Below, piece by piece: positions 61,291 through 64,000 of a DNA stretch of 64,000 nt. Source of the stretch: a virus (lineage: Duplodnaviria > Caudoviricetes). The stretch is from the IMG/VR virus record IMGVR_UViG_3300024346_000030, positions 22,968 to 86,967 of that record. The stretch is one strand, 5' to 3'. The position numbers were made by a program, and so were the translations under genes. The notes under the pieces were generated by a model. It had not been told where the DNA came from, did not search any database, and saw nothing but the letters and a program-made list of their open reading frames with translations. Positions within the stretch are counted from its first letter, which is position 1. Each line of letters starts with the position of its first letter.

Positions 61291-62628
61291 ATGCAAATCA
61301 ATTCATACATTCTTAAACCAGGGGGCGAACCTTTGTTAACTCCAGTAATAAATACTATTACTAATAAGACTAATGATGCTGGAACATCTAGAACTATTAC
61401 ACCTAGTATAACAGCAGCCTCTACAACCAGCTACACCTATACATGGAGTGCAACTGGATTACCTTCTGGGATAACCATAAGAGCTTCTGACGGAAGAATA
61501 TCAGGAACAATAGATTCAAGTTTAGATACGCAAATCTTTAATGTAGTAGTAACTGTAAGTGTTACTAATGGAAGCGAAACGAAAACTGACACAGAATTAT
61601 TCAACTGGACTGTAAATAAACCTCTTGAGGGCCAACAAAACACAGAAATTCAAAGATCAGCTGGATATAACGATAGGGATTACTTTCATGCCATAACGGA
61701 CAATATTGGATTTGGGGGGGTGTTAGAGTTCTCCATTTCAAGAAAGGGAGATGGTTTTACTTATACATGGAATGGGGGAGAAGCAGCTCAGATAACAGGT
61801 TCAAGCCATAAAGTCCCAGATAACTGGTGCGTGACCCTTAACGGATGGGCGTACAGTGGAAGGTATTTAGTATTGGGTAACGGGTTGACAGAAATCGGAA
61901 ATCGTGCATTCAGCTTTCTTCCCAACCCTGGATATTTTCAAGGTGGAGGCGTTAACTATGATCTTCGAATTAAAAAACAAGATGGATGGCCTGACTTGGT
62001 GTGGCCTGCTAAATTAATTAAGATTAATACTTATGCTTTTACTTCCAGAGTAGCACTTTTGAACGAATTTGATAACGTTTGCGAAATACCTGGCCGTGTT
62101 ACATATATTGGAATTGATGCCTTCGCAGGTGTCTGGATTAAAAAACTGATTCTTAAAGAGGGTTTAAAAGTAATAAAAGACGGTGCATTCGCAGGTAAAA
62201 TAGGAACCAACTTTGGGGGTGGTAATGCAAATTTGGATCAACCATTATTAAAAATACCAGACAGTGTGACTGAGATGAGCGCCACACTCGGCACGGCGAT
62301 TACTGTGGCTAATTATGGAGGAGATTTTTATCACGGCCCCAATGTTAGCGCCTATGACATCTCAAATGGTATAGGGAAAAGCGCGAATACGGCGCCATTC
62401 AAAAATGTTTACATCAAAGCTTCTCCACCTGGTGGTTGTGCGAACAATTACTCGGGCTTTACCAATACTTCAAGTCGTCTTTATATTCATCCAGATTATT
62501 TCCAAGAGTGGAAAAATGCTAGTAATTATTTTATATGTGTGGGATTTGCGATACCGCCACTAGAATGGACGAGTTATCCAGATGCAATGGATGGAGCATG
62601 GCTAGGGGAAGATTGGGAGATAACTTAA
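61291..62628 (+). CDS. Putative adhesin: N-terminal docking peptide, He_PIG domain and BspA-like LRR
   Basis: MQINSYILKPGG start; YTWSATGLPSGITI...G.ISGT; LTEIGNRAF, VTYIGIDAF, LKVIKDGAF, IPDSVT. Confidence 0.75.
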   Translation: MQINSYILKPGGEPLLTPVINTITNKTNDAGTSRTITPSITAASTTSYTYTWSATGLPSGITIRASDGRISGTIDSSLDTQIFNVVVTVSVTNGSETKTDTELFNWTVNKPLEGQQNTEIQRSAGYNDRDYFHAITDNIGFGGVLEFSISRKGDGFTYTWNGGEAAQITGSSHKVPDNWCVTLNGWAYSGRYLVLGNGLTEIGNRAFSFLPNPGYFQGGGVNYDLRIKKQDGWPDLVWPAKLIKINTYAFTSRVALLNEFDNVCEIPGRVTYIGIDAFAGVWIKKLILKEGLKVIKDGAFAGKIGTNFGGGNANLDQPLLKIPDSVTEMSATLGTAITVANYGGDFYHGPNVSAYDISNGIGKSANTAPFKNVYIKASPPGGCANNYSGFTNTSSRLYIHPDYFQEWKNASNYFICVGFAIPPLEWTSYPDAMDGAWLGEDWEIT

Positions 62629-62656
62629 TTTAAACCAATAACTCAATAAGATTACT

Positions 62657-62662
62657 GTGTAA
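62657..62662 (+). promoter_or_regulatory. GTGTAA motif upstream of the mini-ORF
   Basis: 20 nt before the ATG at 62683. Confidence 0.45.
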
Positions 62663-62682
62663 TGTATTAATGGAGACTTTAA

Positions 62683-62748
62683 ATGCATATCAATTCATAC
62701 ATACTCAAACCAGGAGGCGGAGCTTGGTTAGAGTCTGACTTTTTATAA
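62683..62748 (+). pseudogene. 21-aa mini-ORF MHINSYILKPGGGAWLESDFL, a truncated copy of the 61291 N-terminus
   Basis: 11 of the first 12 aa are identical to MQINSYILKPGG; the DNA differs mostly at synonymous sites. Could be a functional micro-gene or a remnant. Confidence 0.65.
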
Positions 62749-62796
62749 GATAATTAATAAAGATACAGCAACCAGAAACAAAAAATAAAAGTTCTT

Positions 62797-62802
62797 GTGT
62801 AT
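62797..62802 (+). promoter_or_regulatory. GTGTAT motif inside a 12-bp imperfect hairpin (62791-62817) upstream of the ATG at 62836
   Basis: gttcttgtgtat-aat-atatataagaac. Confidence 0.45.
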
Positions 62803-62835
62803 AATATATATAAGAACAACTCTCAAAAATAAAAA

Positions 62836-64000
62836 ATGCCACAAGAAACATTTATACCAGCAGTAGACGGAAGTTCTACACACCTGGACGCAAGAAACGT
62901 TATAAACAATAACGCTAATGATGCTGAGTCGCGTATAAGCAACCTAGAGACGAGGCTAGATTTAGAAACTCACGACATTAACTCTTCATATGGAGAAGGG
63001 GAAACGTTTTATTTTGGTGGCTCCTCTTATAGGGTTAATGATGGCGAAACATTAGCTATTGGTGAAACTCCAACAACCAACCCAGAGAAAGTAACACAAC
63101 TTGATCTTGGTGGTTCCGCTGGCGCTGATGGTGCTGACGGTGCTGACGGCGCGGACGGTGCTGATGGCAAAACAGTTCTTAGTGATGCTGTAGTGCCGAC
63201 AACAGAGGGCGTTGATGGAGATTTTTTCATTAGAACTGACACATCAGAAATTTATGGTCCTAAAACTGGTGGAGCATGGGGCGCTCCCACATCTTTGATT
63301 GGAGCCGATGGAGCCGATGGAGCCGATGGAGCCGATGGAGCCGATGGAGCCGATGGAGCCGATGGAGCCGATGGAGCTGCTGGTGCCGATGGCGCAGATG
63401 GTGCAGACAACGCTACTCTTGATTCAGTCACAAGCAACGGAGCAACAACTCTGAACGATATTCAAGTTGGCAGGATTGCAACATTGCACTCAACAAATCC
63501 AGTAAATGATAACATTGCTACAGGCAGCAGCAGTGCGTCTATTGGGGGGACTGCAAACCAAGCCACGGGCAACAGAACAGGAACTTTTGGTGGAAGATCA
63601 AACAATGTAAGTGGTAATGATTCTTCTTCATTTGGTGGTCTGAGTCAGGCAGTAATAGGACACGAATCTGAAGCATTTGGTGGAACAAGCGTCACTCTAA
63701 ATACAAAATACACAAACACAGTAGGGGGAGCTAATCATGTAATAGGATTGGCAACTTCGGGTGCTGGCACTTCAGTAGCAAAACACAGCATTACAGTAGG
63801 CGGGGAAAACTCAATAATTGAAGATGCAATTCAGAGCGCAGTTGTGGCAGGAGATGGTCACAAAGTCCAAACTGGACATGATCGCTCTGTAATCCTTGGT
63901 GGTCAGAATATTACAACTGATGCAACTGATACAGTTTACGTTCCAAGTATTAATGTAGGTGCAGGATTTAAAATGCCAACTGGCGCGATTGCCAATTACG
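62836..64000 (+). CDS. Collagen-like/trimeric adhesin fibre, 3'-truncated by the window end (absent from the ORF track)
   Basis: Open frame from ATG 62836 to the end: MPQETF...STHLDARNVINNNANDAESRISNLE, GAD runs, GDFFIRTDTSEIYGPKTGGAWG module, and GG..N beta-roll repeats. Confidence 0.85.
   Translation, partial: MPQETFIPAVDGSSTHLDARNVINNNANDAESRISNLETRLDLETHDINSSYGEGETFYFGGSSYRVNDGETLAIGETPTTNPEKVTQLDLGGSAGADGADGADGADGADGKTVLSDAVVPTTEGVDGDFFIRTDTSEIYGPKTGGAWGAPTSLIGADGADGADGADGADGADGADGADGAAGADGADGADNATLDSVTSNGATTLNDIQVGRIATLHSTNPVNDNIATGSSSASIGGTANQATGNRTGTFGGRSNNVSGNDSSSFGGLSQAVIGHESEAFGGTSVTLNTKYTNTVGGANHVIGLATSGAGTSVAKHSITVGGENSIIEDAIQSAVVAGDGHKVQTGHDRSVILGGQNITTDATDTVYVPSINVGAGFKMPTGAIANY
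63301..63372 (+). repeat. Perfect tandem repeat (GGAGCCGAT)x8 encoding (GAD)8
   Basis: Counted directly. Confidence 0.95.

Overview
This 64 kb AT-rich window is densely coding and comes from a large tailed dsDNA bacteriophage (Caudoviricetes). It has a lambda-type non-contractile tail tip and shows no sign of cellular or giant-virus origin. Layout: (1) 82-13269 (+), a 2590-aa tape measure protein, two tail-tube-like paralogs, a tandem gpM-like protein and a He_PIG/BspA-LRR decoration protein. (2) 13296-16695 (-), FmdB-like protein, Hsp20, glycosyltransferase, SSB, a phage sigma factor and dNMP kinase. (3) 17097-42726 (+), class Ia RNR, a glycan synthesis/modification cluster (GT-like, DUF115-like, sulfotransferase, methyltransferase, GDP-mannose dehydratase), RecA, DnaB, primase, Cas4-like nuclease, a three-gene Pol III (PHP / epsilon-like exonuclease / DnaE), a ClpC-like ATPase, a pseudokinase, two more GTs, a Rad52-like protein and a GNAT. 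(4) 42746-51867 (-), gpJ-gpI-gpK-gpL tail tip genes, with gpL carrying a ~790-aa insertion. (5) 51975-64000 (+), small genes and a series of collagen-like/YadA-like fibre genes, the last running off the window. Most notable observations: a ~430-bp module at about 90% identity in its conserved blocks, shared in inverted orientation between gpL and a fibre gene; modular fibre docking peptides including a 21-aa orphan mini-ORF; a recurrent GTGTA(A/T) motif upstream of structural genes that may be the phage sigma promoter; seven sigma70-like promoters placed for leaderless mRNAs; a sigma54-like promoter on hsp20; and apparent complete absence of CCGG. All family assignments are by motif recognition from memory; no database search was run.
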